From an uncultured Methanomicrobiales archaeon (GTDB lineage Archaea > Halobacteriota > Methanomicrobia > Methanomicrobiales > Methanospirillaceae): a DNA stretch of 64,000 nt. Made by a program: the position numbers and the translations under genes. Location: the NCBI GenBank assembly GCA_963697895.1, contig OY969100.1, positions 32,001 to 96,000 of the forward strand, written 5' to 3'. Shown one piece after another: positions 9,101 through 18,900 of the stretch. The number at the start of each line of letters is the position of its first letter. The stretch's first letter is position 1. Below the pieces are notes generated by a model that saw only the letters and a program-made list of their open reading frames with translations, was not told where the DNA came from and ran no database searches.

Positions 9101-10664
9101 CGATATCGGGGAGATCAAACTCGAGTTGCGGGGGCTCCGGCTGCTGCAGGATGCCCGGATTGATTGAATTGAGATCTCCGGTGATCGGAGTACTTGGCAG
9201 GTTCTGCGTATCCGGCACCTGCGGGAGTGTGACGGAGTCCTCTATGGGGCTGATCACGTCAAGACTGAAGGTACCTTCATTGGCGCCGATCAGGTCGAGG
9301 GACGTGATCTGGGAGTCGGCATACGCTTCACCGCAGCCTTTGACGTCGACCTTCGCGGAGGTATCTCCCATTGCATTGGTGTTGGAAGAATAGACCGTTT
9401 CAAGTGTTTCGTCTGTTATGGTGATATCGAGCACCGCATTTGCGGTACCCTTGGTCGTACCGGAGGCCGATACCTTGGCATTCTTGTCGTACCCGGTTGC
9501 CCAGGCGTCGCTCTGGAGGACGCTCCCGTCGGCATACTCGGGACTGAAGGTGAAGTTCACGTACGCGAATTCTGGTCCGAACCCTAATTGGCAAGACGCC
9601 ATGGGGACTTCAGTAAATGCATAGATCGACGATTCGCTGCCGGCTTCACCCTTGCTGTCGCAGATGGCTGCGGTGCTGCTGGCGGTTCCGGTCGTGTTGA
9701 CGGAGTATTCGTGCGTCTCAGACGGTGGCGCTCCGTAATATGCCGTATTCTGTTGTCCGACCGGTGTCGATGCGGATGAAGAGGCCGTCGCGGTGTACTT
9801 ACCGGTTCCGCTCCAGACCGAGCTGTTGGACGAGATCTGGCTCGCTACGTGAGTTACAATGGCCGGATCAACTGCTTCGGATTCGATCGCTGCATTGGAG
9901 GTAAACCCGCCCGAGCCTTTTCCGGAACCGTCCGCCTTCGTGGTACCCGTAACGTACGCGGTCAGGTTGCCCGTGTCGGCACTGGCGGAGGCGTTCCCGG
10001 AGGCCCAGGCTCCACCGGAGGCCTGGTTCTCGCCGTACACGTCGGCATAGATCAGGGCGTTGACCGATGGATCCGCATCCAGCAGGGTGGAGGATTCCGA
10101 TATGATCCCGCCGGTCGCATTGAGTATGCTGACGGAGGCACTCTGCACTTTACCACTTGCCTTGGAAGATCCGGAGACATTCGTCTGCAGCTCGGTCCCG
10201 TTGTACGTGGCGGATGCGGTCCCGGACGAGCAGACATCGCCCTCGGCCGTGCCTTTGGTGCCGGAGTCGAGGGTGACGCTGCTCGCGATGGACGAATTTA
10301 TCACGGCATTGCCGGAGTCGTCATCGGACCCTTCGGCCTTGACGCTGCCGTTCAGGATTGCGGTGCCGGTACCGGTCGTCTTGCCGCTCGCCTTGATGTT
10401 TGAGTCGATGCTTACCGTGATGCGACCGTCGCCGCTGGTAGCGGAGTCTGTCCCGCCGTTCGTCGCGTCTTTGACGGTTGCTTTGTTCTGCAGCTTTACG
10501 TTCACATTCTTCTCGACCGTGGCCGAGTGCTGGGTGGTACTATGCTGGTTTGAATAGTCCACCTGGGCGTCGCCTTCGATGACCACCGCGGTTACGGCAC
10601 CGGTCAGTAACGCGATGACCAGGATGACGAGGATGCCCATCATAAATTGTTTTCGGGATTTCAT
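6105..10664 (-). CDS. Giant secreted Ala/Ser/Gly/Thr-rich protein, copy 1 (1519 aa), putative cell-envelope or beta-solenoid protein
   Basis: Basic-hydrophobic signal peptide MKSRKQFMMGILVILVIALLTGAVTA, many N-x-S/T sequons, internal repeats and conserved C-terminus PFPPRDYILAMLPPI. Confidence 0.85.
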   Translation of the reverse strand: MKSRKQFMMGILVILVIALLTGAVTAVVIEGDAQVDYSNQHSTTQHSATVEKNVNVKLQNKATVKDATNGGTDSATSGDGRITVSIDSNIKASGKTTGTGTAILNGSVKAEGSDDDSGNAVINSSIASSVTLDSGTKGTAEGDVCSSGTASATYNGTELQTNVSGSSKASGKVQSASVSILNATGGIISESSTLLDADPSVNALIYADVYGENQASGGAWASGNASASADTGNLTAYVTGTTKADGSGKGSGGFTSNAAIESEAVDPAIVTHVASQISSNSSVWSGTGKYTATASSSASTPVGQQNTAYYGAPPSETHEYSVNTTGTASSTAAICDSKGEAGSESSIYAFTEVPMASCQLGFGPEFAYVNFTFSPEYADGSVLQSDAWATGYDKNAKVSASGTTKGTANAVLDITITDETLETVYSSNTNAMGDTSAKVDVKGCGEAYADSQITSLDLIGANEGTFSLDVISPIEDSVTLPQVPDTQNLPSTPITGDLNSINPGILQQPEPPQLEFDLPDIDLLEISVISQSVSASGSDSGKKTASACADGETAAVGQHTVTEIPDSINYGSIGSSNASGRVEGGAVAGTKSDHDPASASVILGVSAQGIDESQGLDATLIAGTSGAASGSTWGTATGNANAAGGFSPFGPSSSSGTVSTSANANGGLGLSAAAIGSADFASDEGDLVDVALIGTGGFAAGTAGAHAYADGQTEANGSVLNVVTDPDVTLLNVTSAAFADGTACSDVQTKNGIALAADVLLAGEGTSAGPTGNTDHGEGTAGSMVAQVAFAQQFGKSGSAIANTNANGEAGTSSTFYVDLGRGIDFSGMYMAGASTTDASGKVSGNANAGCGDPLSASAIVAFTDIDEDGLIFMPDGTNEFAGSGDTYSAATVGSLSASWGKSADTWGAADGTAFADSSLVVNTTPEDASLYIWNSTSTADAKVKTTAATTSADGFALGVAAQGASSEVNAGVIGEDVTAEEHAITLDGALSVADGDGKATADVNKEYKSRKVGKTTVVECIPIMDRDATALSQFTADTTDDGTPDINATSSSFSGSSASSAAEAAKGGFGLSLAGEASGSFTDLESDALGNGIPQADQDVFSVIADLAVAETDCPKETAKASGSASGDTNALSYAAVPNWNSTQTSAADGRVSASAVGGDKCKDPISASLILAIGENSVSPDPLAGGYLPTMDNHDTTLIASFSATNGTKGDTGADACGSANADGVQLVPEYGSTPLSPTTSASSDATVWSKAAASNGVALGLAGVGSTSDAHVDLSLETVTDKNLLFSYAGGEGFGKKATADASAGYDAVGTAAADSNVFDRDLAASAVNSTSNASGMGISTIKVTDANLAESLTFGWVQQNASVNFTNYVNDPANASHADALALFGAEVNATNDAAGTFANADMTKVNLSAAARASFPDFGIPEDNATVSVANGHTWAFLDPDGGSFHNGILNFDTSATYTQASNGDATSGKFVEQSLIADPNFGYTHGESWADSDNPAPSPFPPRDYILAMLPPI

Positions 10665-10761
10665 ATTTTCTACCTCAGGTTTTTTGCACGGGGATGCATG
10701 TACACTCCCCGTTTTTATCGTACGTTGATTTCGGCATACATTCGTGGGTGAATTGTTCTTA

Positions 10762-10903
10762 TCAGCAGTTGATCATCAAATGCTGGAGCGGTGAAATAAT
10801 TTCGTTCCCGAAATTATCCTCCGGTTATCCGTTCGTTTCGGAATTGCTGAATCTTAGATGGATCAACTATCTGTTTCATACACCCAGGCGGATATAAGAC
10901 TTG
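10762..10903 (-). promoter_or_regulatory. Conserved promoter plus structured 5' leader, copy 1
   Basis: CAAGTCTTATAT TATA-like box, then AGTTGATC...ATAATTTC-N6-GAAATTAT...CAGCATTTGATGATCAACTGCTGA, shared with the other three copies. Confidence 0.75.
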
Positions 10904-10955
10904 TGCTGGGGTTTTTCAATTCGGGAATTTTTTCCCAAAATTCTGTAAACCGCAT

Positions 10956-11003
10956 AAAAAAAAAGATTATGGGGAGGATTTCCCTCCTCCCGTGGTTCAC
11001 CGC
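10956..11003 (-). terminator. Hairpin plus U-tract terminator of giant gene copy 2
   Basis: GGGAGGA-GGGAAA-TCCTCCC followed by T9. Confidence 0.7.
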
Positions 11004-14000
11004 CTAGAAGGGCGGGAGCATGGGCAGGATGTAGTCGCGGGGCGGGAACGGGACCGGGGAGGGGTTGTCGCTGTCGGCCCAGGAACCTCCGTGCGTGTAC
11101 CCGTAGTTCGGGTCGGAGGTCAGGTCGCCTGTAACGAAAAACCCTTGTGTCGTGTTTCCGCTGCTCGTCTCGGTGTATGACGCGAGGGTATCCCAGTCGA
11201 GGAACCCGTTGTGGAATGTTCCGCCGTCCGGGTCCAGGAATGCGTAGGTGTGACCGTTGGCGACACTCACCGTGGCATTGTCTTCAGGGATGTTGACGAT
11301 GTTGTTGTACGGCCCGGCCCGTGCCGCGGCGGAGAGGTTCACCTTCGTCATGTCCGCATTCGCGAAGGTCCCCTTTGCATCGTTGGTCGCGTTCACCTCT
11401 GCACCGAAGAGTGCGAGGGCGTCCGCATGGGATGCGTTTGCAGGATCGTTACCGGGAGAGAATGCGATCGAGTAGTTGATCGAGGCATTCTGTTGTACCC
11501 ATCCGAAGGTGAGCGCTTCCGCTTCGTTCCCGTCGCTGACCTGAACGGTGCTGACCCCCTTGCCGGCAGCGCTCGCGTTGGAGACCACCTTGGGGACGAC
11601 CGGATCGATATCGAGTATGTTGCTGTCAGCCGTTGCGGTGCCGACGGCATCGTAACTGGCACAGGCATCCACCTTCGACTTCTTGCCGTACCCTTCCCCG
11701 GCGGCGTAGCTGAAGAGGAGGTTTTCGTCGGTGACGGTCTCGAGGTTGATGTCGACATGCGCATCGCTCGTGGATCCGACGCCGGAGACACCGAGCGCCT
11801 CTCCCTTGACGGCCGAGGCGTAGCTGGTCACATCAGCCGTACTCGATGCGTTTGCACTCGGGGCAACGATCGGGCTGTATCCGTCGTACGGAGCCGTCAC
11901 CTGGGATCCCGTTGCGCCGGCAGATCCCTTCGCTGACCCGCCGGCCTTCCCGTTGTCCCCGCCGGTCGCCGATAGCGTGGCGATAAGGGTACTGTCACTG
12001 GTGTTCATCGCCGGGACATACACAAGGACCGGATCGGGATAGACCTCGTTTTCACCAAGGGCCAGGATCAGCGATGCAGCAAACGGGTCTTTGCACATGT
12101 CGCTCGCAGTCGCATAGGCCGAGACATCGCCCTGCGCCTGGCTGGACTGCGTTCCGTTCCAGCCCGGAATCTGAGCGTAGTTAAGGGCAGAGGTATCCCC
12201 GCCCGCATCTGCGGAGGCCTTAGCGGTCTCCTTGGAACAGTCGGTATCAGCTGCGGCGAGACCTGCGATCACCGAGAAGACGTCCTGGTCTATCGTTCCA
12301 CTGATGGAATTGACATCGGTCAGCGAACCCGATGCTTCACCGGCAAGGGACAGGCCAAACCCGCCCTTCGCTGCCTCGGCCGTGGTTATGGCGTGCGATC
12401 CCGAGACCGACGTGGACGTGAAGTTGCCGTCCGGCACAAAATCATCGTCGAGGTCGGCAGTGAACTGAGCCAGAGCGGTGGCCTCACGGCCTTCGACCGG
12501 TACGAGTTTGATCTCTTTCACTTTGCCTTTCTTGTCCTTGCAGACCAGTTCCTGCATGTTGACGAAGGCTGTGGCCTTACCGTTGTCGTCCGCCAGGGAG
12601 AGCGCCCCGTCGAGCGTGATGGCGTGCCCGCCACCAGTGTCGACATCATCGATGGAGGATTCGGATTCGCTGGATGCCCCCTGTGCCGCTACACCGAGGG
12701 CGAAACCGTTATCGCTCGTGGTGCTGGCAGTGGTCCTGACCGTTGCGTCAGCGCTGCTGGTGGAATTGGTGATATAGAGACTGTTACCTGCCGTGGTCGT
12801 GTTGAGGACCTGGGTTGAATCCGCGAAAGCGGTGCCGTTGGCAGAGCCCCAAGTGTCGGCAGACTTGCCCGATGATGCAGAGAGGCTGCCGACCAGAGCG
12901 GCGTTGTAGGCCTCGCCGATCCCGGCGAATGACTCATCGAGACTTCCGCCGAAATCGTTGTATGCCACGATTGCAGAGACCGAGAGCGGGTCACCGCATC
13001 CGGCGTTCGCACTTCCGCTCACGGTTCCGGATGCATTGGTCACGCCATCAGCGGAGAAATACCTCCCGAGACCGAGATCGGAATAGTACGTGCTGCTGGT
13101 CCCGGCTTCTCCGTCAGCAAAGGTATCGGCCTTCGCAGACCCGGACTTGCCAAACTGCTGGGCAAATGCTGCCTGTCCTACGATGCTGCCTGCTGTCTCC
13201 CCGGCGCTAACGCCTCCATTGTCGAAACTTATGCCGGTTCCTTCACCGGAGAGGATCGCATCGGCGGCCAGGGCGACACCGTTCTTGGTGCTGACATCGG
13301 AGCATGCCTTACCGATTGCGAAGGCATCCGACGTGATGTTCAGTTCCGTTAAATAGATGGGATCACCGATGATGGTCTGGTGCAGGATCGAGCCGTTTGC
13401 GTCGGTCTGGCCGTTGGCGTAGGCATGTGCTCCTGCCGTCCCGGCCGAGAATGCGCCGGTCCCGATCAGGGCCACGTCCACCAGTGAGGGATCAGATTCA
13501 ACAGTATCGGTAGCATAATCTGCCGAACCGATTGCGGCTGCAGAAAGACCCAGTCCGCCATTTGCGTTGGCAGACGTGCTCACCGTGCCGGAAGAGCCCG
13601 ATGGTCCGAGTGAGGACAGAAGAAGAGAACCAAAGCCTCCGGCGGCGTTTGCATCCCCGGTTGCGGTACCCCATGTCTTACCGGATGCAGCCCCGGAGGT
13701 GCTCCCGATCAGGGTGGCGTCAAGCCCGGAAGCTTCAGCGCCTTGTCCGTCTAGTTGGGTAACGACAAAGGGAACGCCGATTCCCTGTGCGGAGACTCCG
13801 ACAATGAACGATGCGGATGCCGGGTCATGGTCGCACTTCGCTCCGGCCTCGGCCCCGCCCGCGACGGTTCCGGCGGCAGAGCTGCTGCCACTGGCTTCCA
13901 GGATCTCGGTGAATACAGACAGACCATCGGCCGCGGTCTCACCGTCTGCACAGGCCTCGGCGGTCTTTTTACCGCTGTCGCTCCCGGATGCGGAGACCGA

Positions 14001-15611
14001 CTGGGAGATGATGCTGATCTCGAGTACATCGATCGGGGGCAGGTCGAACGTTAGTTGCGGTGCCGGCAGCTGCTGCAGGAGGCCCGGATTAATGGAACTG
14101 AGATCCCCGGTGATCGGACTATTTGGCAGATTCTGCGTGTCCGGCACCTGCGGGAGAGTGACACTCTCCTCAACCGGGTTGATCAGGTCAAGACTAAAGG
14201 TACCTTCATCAGCACCGATCAGGTCGAAGGAGGCGATCTGGGAGTCGGCATACGCTTCGCCGCATCCTTTGACGTCAACCTTTGCGGTAATATCGCCCGT
14301 GGCGCTGGTGTTGGAGATATATACTCCCGAGGGGATTTCGCCGTTCCAGACCAGCATGGCATCGGCGGCGCCCTCTTTGGTCGAACCGGCCGCCGACACC
14401 TTGGCATTCTTGTCGTACCCGGTTGCCCAGGCATCGCTCCGGATGACGCTCCCGTCAGCATATTCGGGACTGAAGGTGAAGTTCAGATATGCGAACTCGG
14501 GCCCGAACCCCAGGGCGAATGCCTCCATAGGGACGTCAGCAAATGCCAGAATCTGGGATTCGCTGCCGGCTTCACCCTTGCTGTCGCAGATAGAAGCGGA
14601 GCTTTTTGCCGTCCCGGAGGTGTTCGCATAGAGTTCGTTCTCCTCGAGGTTTACCGTACCATAATATGCCGTGTTCTGTTTCCCGACCGGTGTCGATGCG
14701 GATGAAGAGGCGGTTGCGGTATACTTTCCGGTTCCGCTCCATACCGAGCTGCGGGACGAGATGTTGCTCTCCACATACCCCCATGTAATGCCGTTTTCCG
14801 CTTCGGAGCTGACCACGGCATCGGAGCTGAAACCGCCGCTCCCCTTCCCGGATCCGTCAGCCTTCGTGGAACCCGTCACGTATGCGGTTGCATTTCCCGG
14901 GAACGGGATTGTAAACGCTTCGGCGGTGGCTGAGGCGTTACCCGAGGCCCAGGCTCCGCCGGAGGCCTGGTTCTCGCCGTATACATCGGCATAGATCAGG
15001 GCGTTCGCAGCGGGATCGGCATCCAGCAGCTGCGTAGAAGCCCCGGAGCTAATCCCTCCCGTCGCATTGAGTATGCTGATGCAGGCACTCTGCACCTTAC
15101 CACTTGCACTGGAAGACCCGGAGACATTTGTCTGGAGCTCGGTCCCGTTGTATGTGGCAGACGCGGACCCCGATGAGCAGACCTCCCCCTCGGCCGTGCC
15201 TTTGTTGCCGGAGTCGAGGGCGACGGTGCTCGTGATGGACGAATTGATCACGGCATTGCCGGCACCATCATCGGATCCCTCAGCCTTGACGCTGCCATTG
15301 AGTATTGCCGTGCCTGTCCCGGTAGTCTTGCCGCTCGCCTTGATGTTCGAGTCGAGGCTGACCGTGATCTTCCCGTCGCCGCTGGTGGCGGTGTCCGTTC
15401 CGCCGTTCGTCGCGTCTTTGACGGTTGCTTTGTTCTGCAGCTTTACATTCACATTCTTCTCGACCGTGGCCGAGTTCTGGGTGGTACTATGCTGGTTGGA
15501 ATAGTCCACCTGGGCATCACCCTGGATGACCACCGCGGTTACGGCGCCGGCCAGTAATGCGATGACCAGGATGACTAGGATGCCCATTATCAGGTGTGTT
15601 CGGGATTTCAT
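11004..15611 (-). CDS. Giant secreted Ala/Ser/Gly/Thr-rich protein, copy 2 (about 1535 aa)
   Basis: Full-length paralogue of copy 1. Start set at MKSRTH by alignment with the other copies; C-terminus PFPPRDYILPMLPPF. Confidence 0.85.
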   Translation of the reverse strand: MKSRTHLIMGILVILVIALLAGAVTAVVIQGDAQVDYSNQHSTTQNSATVEKNVNVKLQNKATVKDATNGGTDTATSGDGKITVSLDSNIKASGKTTGTGTAILNGSVKAEGSDDGAGNAVINSSITSTVALDSGNKGTAEGEVCSSGSASATYNGTELQTNVSGSSSASGKVQSACISILNATGGISSGASTQLLDADPAANALIYADVYGENQASGGAWASGNASATAEAFTIPFPGNATAYVTGSTKADGSGKGSGGFSSDAVVSSEAENGITWGYVESNISSRSSVWSGTGKYTATASSSASTPVGKQNTAYYGTVNLEENELYANTSGTAKSSASICDSKGEAGSESQILAFADVPMEAFALGFGPEFAYLNFTFSPEYADGSVIRSDAWATGYDKNAKVSAAGSTKEGAADAMLVWNGEIPSGVYISNTSATGDITAKVDVKGCGEAYADSQIASFDLIGADEGTFSLDLINPVEESVTLPQVPDTQNLPNSPITGDLSSINPGLLQQLPAPQLTFDLPPIDVLEISIISQSVSASGSDSGKKTAEACADGETAADGLSVFTEILEASGSSSAAGTVAGGAEAGAKCDHDPASASFIVGVSAQGIGVPFVVTQLDGQGAEASGLDATLIGSTSGAASGKTWGTATGDANAAGGFGSLLLSSLGPSGSSGTVSTSANANGGLGLSAAAIGSADYATDTVESDPSLVDVALIGTGAFSAGTAGAHAYANGQTDANGSILHQTIIGDPIYLTELNITSDAFAIGKACSDVSTKNGVALAADAILSGEGTGISFDNGGVSAGETAGSIVGQAAFAQQFGKSGSAKADTFADGEAGTSSTYYSDLGLGRYFSADGVTNASGTVSGSANAGCGDPLSVSAIVAYNDFGGSLDESFAGIGEAYNAALVGSLSASSGKSADTWGSANGTAFADSTQVLNTTTAGNSLYITNSTSSADATVRTTASTTSDNGFALGVAAQGASSESESSIDDVDTGGGHAITLDGALSLADDNGKATAFVNMQELVCKDKKGKVKEIKLVPVEGREATALAQFTADLDDDFVPDGNFTSTSVSGSHAITTAEAAKGGFGLSLAGEASGSLTDVNSISGTIDQDVFSVIAGLAAADTDCSKETAKASADAGGDTSALNYAQIPGWNGTQSSQAQGDVSAYATASDMCKDPFAASLILALGENEVYPDPVLVYVPAMNTSDSTLIATLSATGGDNGKAGGSAKGSAGATGSQVTAPYDGYSPIVAPSANASSTADVTSYASAVKGEALGVSGVGSTSDAHVDINLETVTDENLLFSYAAGEGYGKKSKVDACASYDAVGTATADSNILDIDPVVPKVVSNASAAGKGVSTVQVSDGNEAEALTFGWVQQNASINYSIAFSPGNDPANASHADALALFGAEVNATNDAKGTFANADMTKVNLSAAARAGPYNNIVNIPEDNATVSVANGHTYAFLDPDGGTFHNGFLDWDTLASYTETSSGNTTQGFFVTGDLTSDPNYGYTHGGSWADSDNPSPVPFPPRDYILPMLPPF

Positions 15612-15706
15612 TTTCATAACCTCAGGTTCTTGCACGGGGATGTGTTTTCCTCCCCGTTTTTTCTCACATGTCAATTTCTGCATACGTTCAGGATGAAATC
15701 TTCTTG

Positions 15707-15847
15707 TCAGCAGTTGATCACCAAATGCTGGAGCGGGGAAATAATTTCTTGTCTGAAATTATACTCCGGTAACCACTCTTTCCGGAATTGCTGAATCGGA
15801 GGTGTATCAACTATGGGTTCAATAAACCTAGGCAGGTATAAGACTTG
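15707..15847 (-). promoter_or_regulatory. Conserved promoter plus structured 5' leader, copy 2
   Basis: Same motifs as copy 1; palindrome spacer AGACAA. Confidence 0.75.
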
Positions 15848-15902
15848 CGCTGCCGGATTTTCGACTCCATAGAGATTTTCCAGACATTAAAGGCCGGATT
15901 GC

Positions 15903-15951
15903 AAAAAAGAAGATTAGCGGGAGGAATTTCAGTCCTCCCGTGGTTCACCGC
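15903..15951 (-). terminator. Hairpin plus U-tract terminator of giant gene copy 3
   Basis: CGGGAGGA-CTGAAAT-TCCTCCCG then CTTCTTTTTT. Confidence 0.7.
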
Positions 15952-18900
15952 CTAGATGGGCGGGAGCATAGGCAGGATGTAGTCGCGGGGCGGGAACGGG
16001 ACCGGTGACGGGTTGTCGCTGTCGGCCCAGGAACCTCCGTGCGTGTACCCGTAGTTCGGGTCGGAGATCAGGTCGGCGGCGATGAAATTCCCGTTTGTCG
16101 TGTTCCCGCTGCTCGTCTGGGTGTACGTCGCCAGGGTGTCGATGTCGAGGAGCCCGGTGTGGGATATTCCGCCGTCCGGGTCCAGGAACGCCCAGGTGTG
16201 ACCGTTGGCGACACTCACCGTCGCATTGTCCTCAGGTATGTTGACGATGTTGTTATATGGCCCTGCACGTGCCGCGGCGGAGAGGTTCACCTTCGTCATG
16301 TCCGCATTCGCAAAGGTCCCCTTCGCATCGTTGGTCGCGTTCACCTCGGCACCGAAGAGTGCGAGGGCGTCCGCGTGGGATGCGTTTGTGGGATCGTTAC
16401 CGGGAGAGAATGCGATCGAGTAGTTGATCGAGGCGTTCTGCTGTACCCATCCGAAGGTGAGCGCTTCCGCTTCGTTCCCGTCGCTGACCTGAACGGTGCT
16501 GACCCCCTTGCCGGCAGCGCTCGCGTTGGAGACCACCTTGGGGACGACCGGATCGATATCGAGTATGTTGCTGTCAGCCGTTGCGGTGCCGACGGCATCG
16601 TAACTGGCACAGGCATCCACCTTCGACTTCTTGCCGTACCCTTCCCCGGCGGCGTAGCTGAAGAGGAGGTTTTCGTCGGTGACGGTCTCGAGGTTGATGT
16701 CGACATGCGCATCGCTCGTGGATCCGACGCCGGAGACACCGAGCGCCTCTCCCTTGACGGCCGAGGCGTAGCTGGTCACATCCGCCTTGCTCGATGCGTT
16801 TGCACTCGGGGCAACGATCGGGCTGTATCCGTCGTACGGAGCCGTCACCTGGGATCCCGTTGCGCCGGCAGATCCCTTCGCTGACCCGCCGGCCTTCCCG
16901 TTGTCCCCGCCGGTCGCCGAGAATGTGGCGATCAGCGTCGAGTCCCGGCTGTCCATGACCGGGACAGCGGCATCGTTCGGATCCGGATATGCGTTGTTCT
17001 CCCCGAAGGAAAGGATCAGCGATGCGGAGATCGGGTCCTTACAGGTATCGCCGGCCTCGGCCGATCCCGAAACGCTGCCGTCTGCGGAGCTGGACTGCGT
17101 GCCGTTCCAGTCCGGTACCGATGCGTAGCTGAACGCACCGGTGCTGCCGGTTGCCGACGCGGAAGCCTTTGAGGTCTCCTTTGGCTTATCCGGGTCAGCT
17201 GCGACGACATCCGCGATCACGGAGAAGACGTCCTGGTCAGCCTGGGGAACACCGTTGCCCAAAGCATCGGAGACCAGGTCAGTGAATGAACCGGAGGCCT
17301 CGCCCGAGAGGGCAAAGGCGGACCCGCCCTTCGCGGCCTCGGCCGCAGAGCTGGCGCTCGATCCCGAGAACGAAGTTGACGTGGCGTTGATGTCGGGCGT
17401 ACCGTCATCAGTGATGTCGGCGGAGAACTGGCTCACCGCCGTGGCTTCCCGGTCAATGACGGGAATACACTCGACTGATTTCACTTTTCCTTTCTTATCC
17501 TTGGTTATCTTCTCTTCCTTGTTGACGTCGGCTGTGGCCTTGCCGTTGCCGTCTGCCAGGGAGAGCGCTCCGTCGAGCGTGATCGCGTGCTCGTCGGCGG
17601 CGACGGTTTCACCGTAGACTACTGCACTCACTTCGCTGGAGGCACCCTGGGCCGCAACCCCGAGGGCGAACCCGTCGGGGCTCGTTGTACTCGCGGTGGT
17701 CTTGACCTTCGCGTCGGCGGCGCTCGTGGCGTTCCATACATAGAGGCTGTCATCCTCCAGCGTTGTGTTCACGAGAAGGGATGAGTCCGCGAGGGCAGTT
17801 CCGTCAGCAGCCCCCCAGGTGTCGGCAGACTTTCCCCACGACGCGGAGAGGCTGTCAATGAGGCCGGCGCTGTACGTCTCCCCGCCGCCGTAAAATGATC
17901 CCGCATCAACCGAACCGCCGCCTCCGAATTCGGTGAATGCGACGATCCCGGACGCCGAGAGCGGGTCACCACAACCGGCGTTTGCGCTCCCGCTCGCTGT
18001 TCCGTCGGCATCGGTCGTGCCGTACCCGGCGATGAATGCACGGTTGTCGATCCCATCGGTGGAACCGAGGTCGAGATAGAAGCTGCTGCTGGTCCCTGCC
18101 TCGCCGTCAGCCTTGGTATCCGCTTTTGCTGACCCGGACTTGCCGAACTGCTGGGCGAATACGACCTGGCCGACCATGCTCCCCGCGGTGCCGCCACCGC
18201 CACCGGAGGATTGGAGTCCACTGGCACCGGTTCCTTCACCGGAGAGGAGGACGTCGGCCGCGAGCGCGATTCCGTTCTTGGTGCTGACATCGGAGCATGC
18301 CGTGCCATCTGCAAAGGCAGCTGAGGTGACATTCAGCAGGGTGATATTCTCAATCGGACCGTCCTCGATGGAGATCTGGCGCAGGATGGACCCGTTCGCT
18401 TCGGTCTGGCCGTCCGCGAATGCGTGCGCCCCTGCAGTCCCGGCGGCGAATGAGCCGGTCCCGATCAGGGCGACGTCCACGAGGTCGCCTTCGATCACAT
18501 TGAAGGATTCATAATCAGCCGAGCCGATTGCGGCTGCAGAGAGCCCCAGTCCGCCGTTTGCGGTGGCAGATGTGCTCACCGTACCGGACGAAACCGATGG
18601 CCCGGTTGCGGGAATAAATCCTCCGGAAGCCTCTGCATCCCCCGAAGCCGTGCCCGAGGTCTTACCCGTCGGGCCGCCGGCCCCGGAGGTGCTTCCGATC
18701 AGGGTCGCATCCAGTCCCTGATTCCCGTCGATGCCCTGTGCGGAGACACCGAGGATCACCGATGCGGATGCGGGGTCGTCGCCCTTCCCGCCGGCCTCGG
18801 CACCGCCCACGACTCTGCCCGATGCTGAGCTGCTTCCCGTGAATGCAGCGGTGACGAAATTTTCTGGGGTATAAATATACGTGTGCTGTCCGTCGGCAGT

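Noticed and set aside
10796-10817. ATAATTTC-N6-GAAATTAT as a Xer/dif recombination site
   Set aside because: The 6-bp cores differ among the four copies, which would hinder strand exchange, and the dif-type ATAA-N6-TTAT geometry is absent. No clear dif site was found near xerA either.
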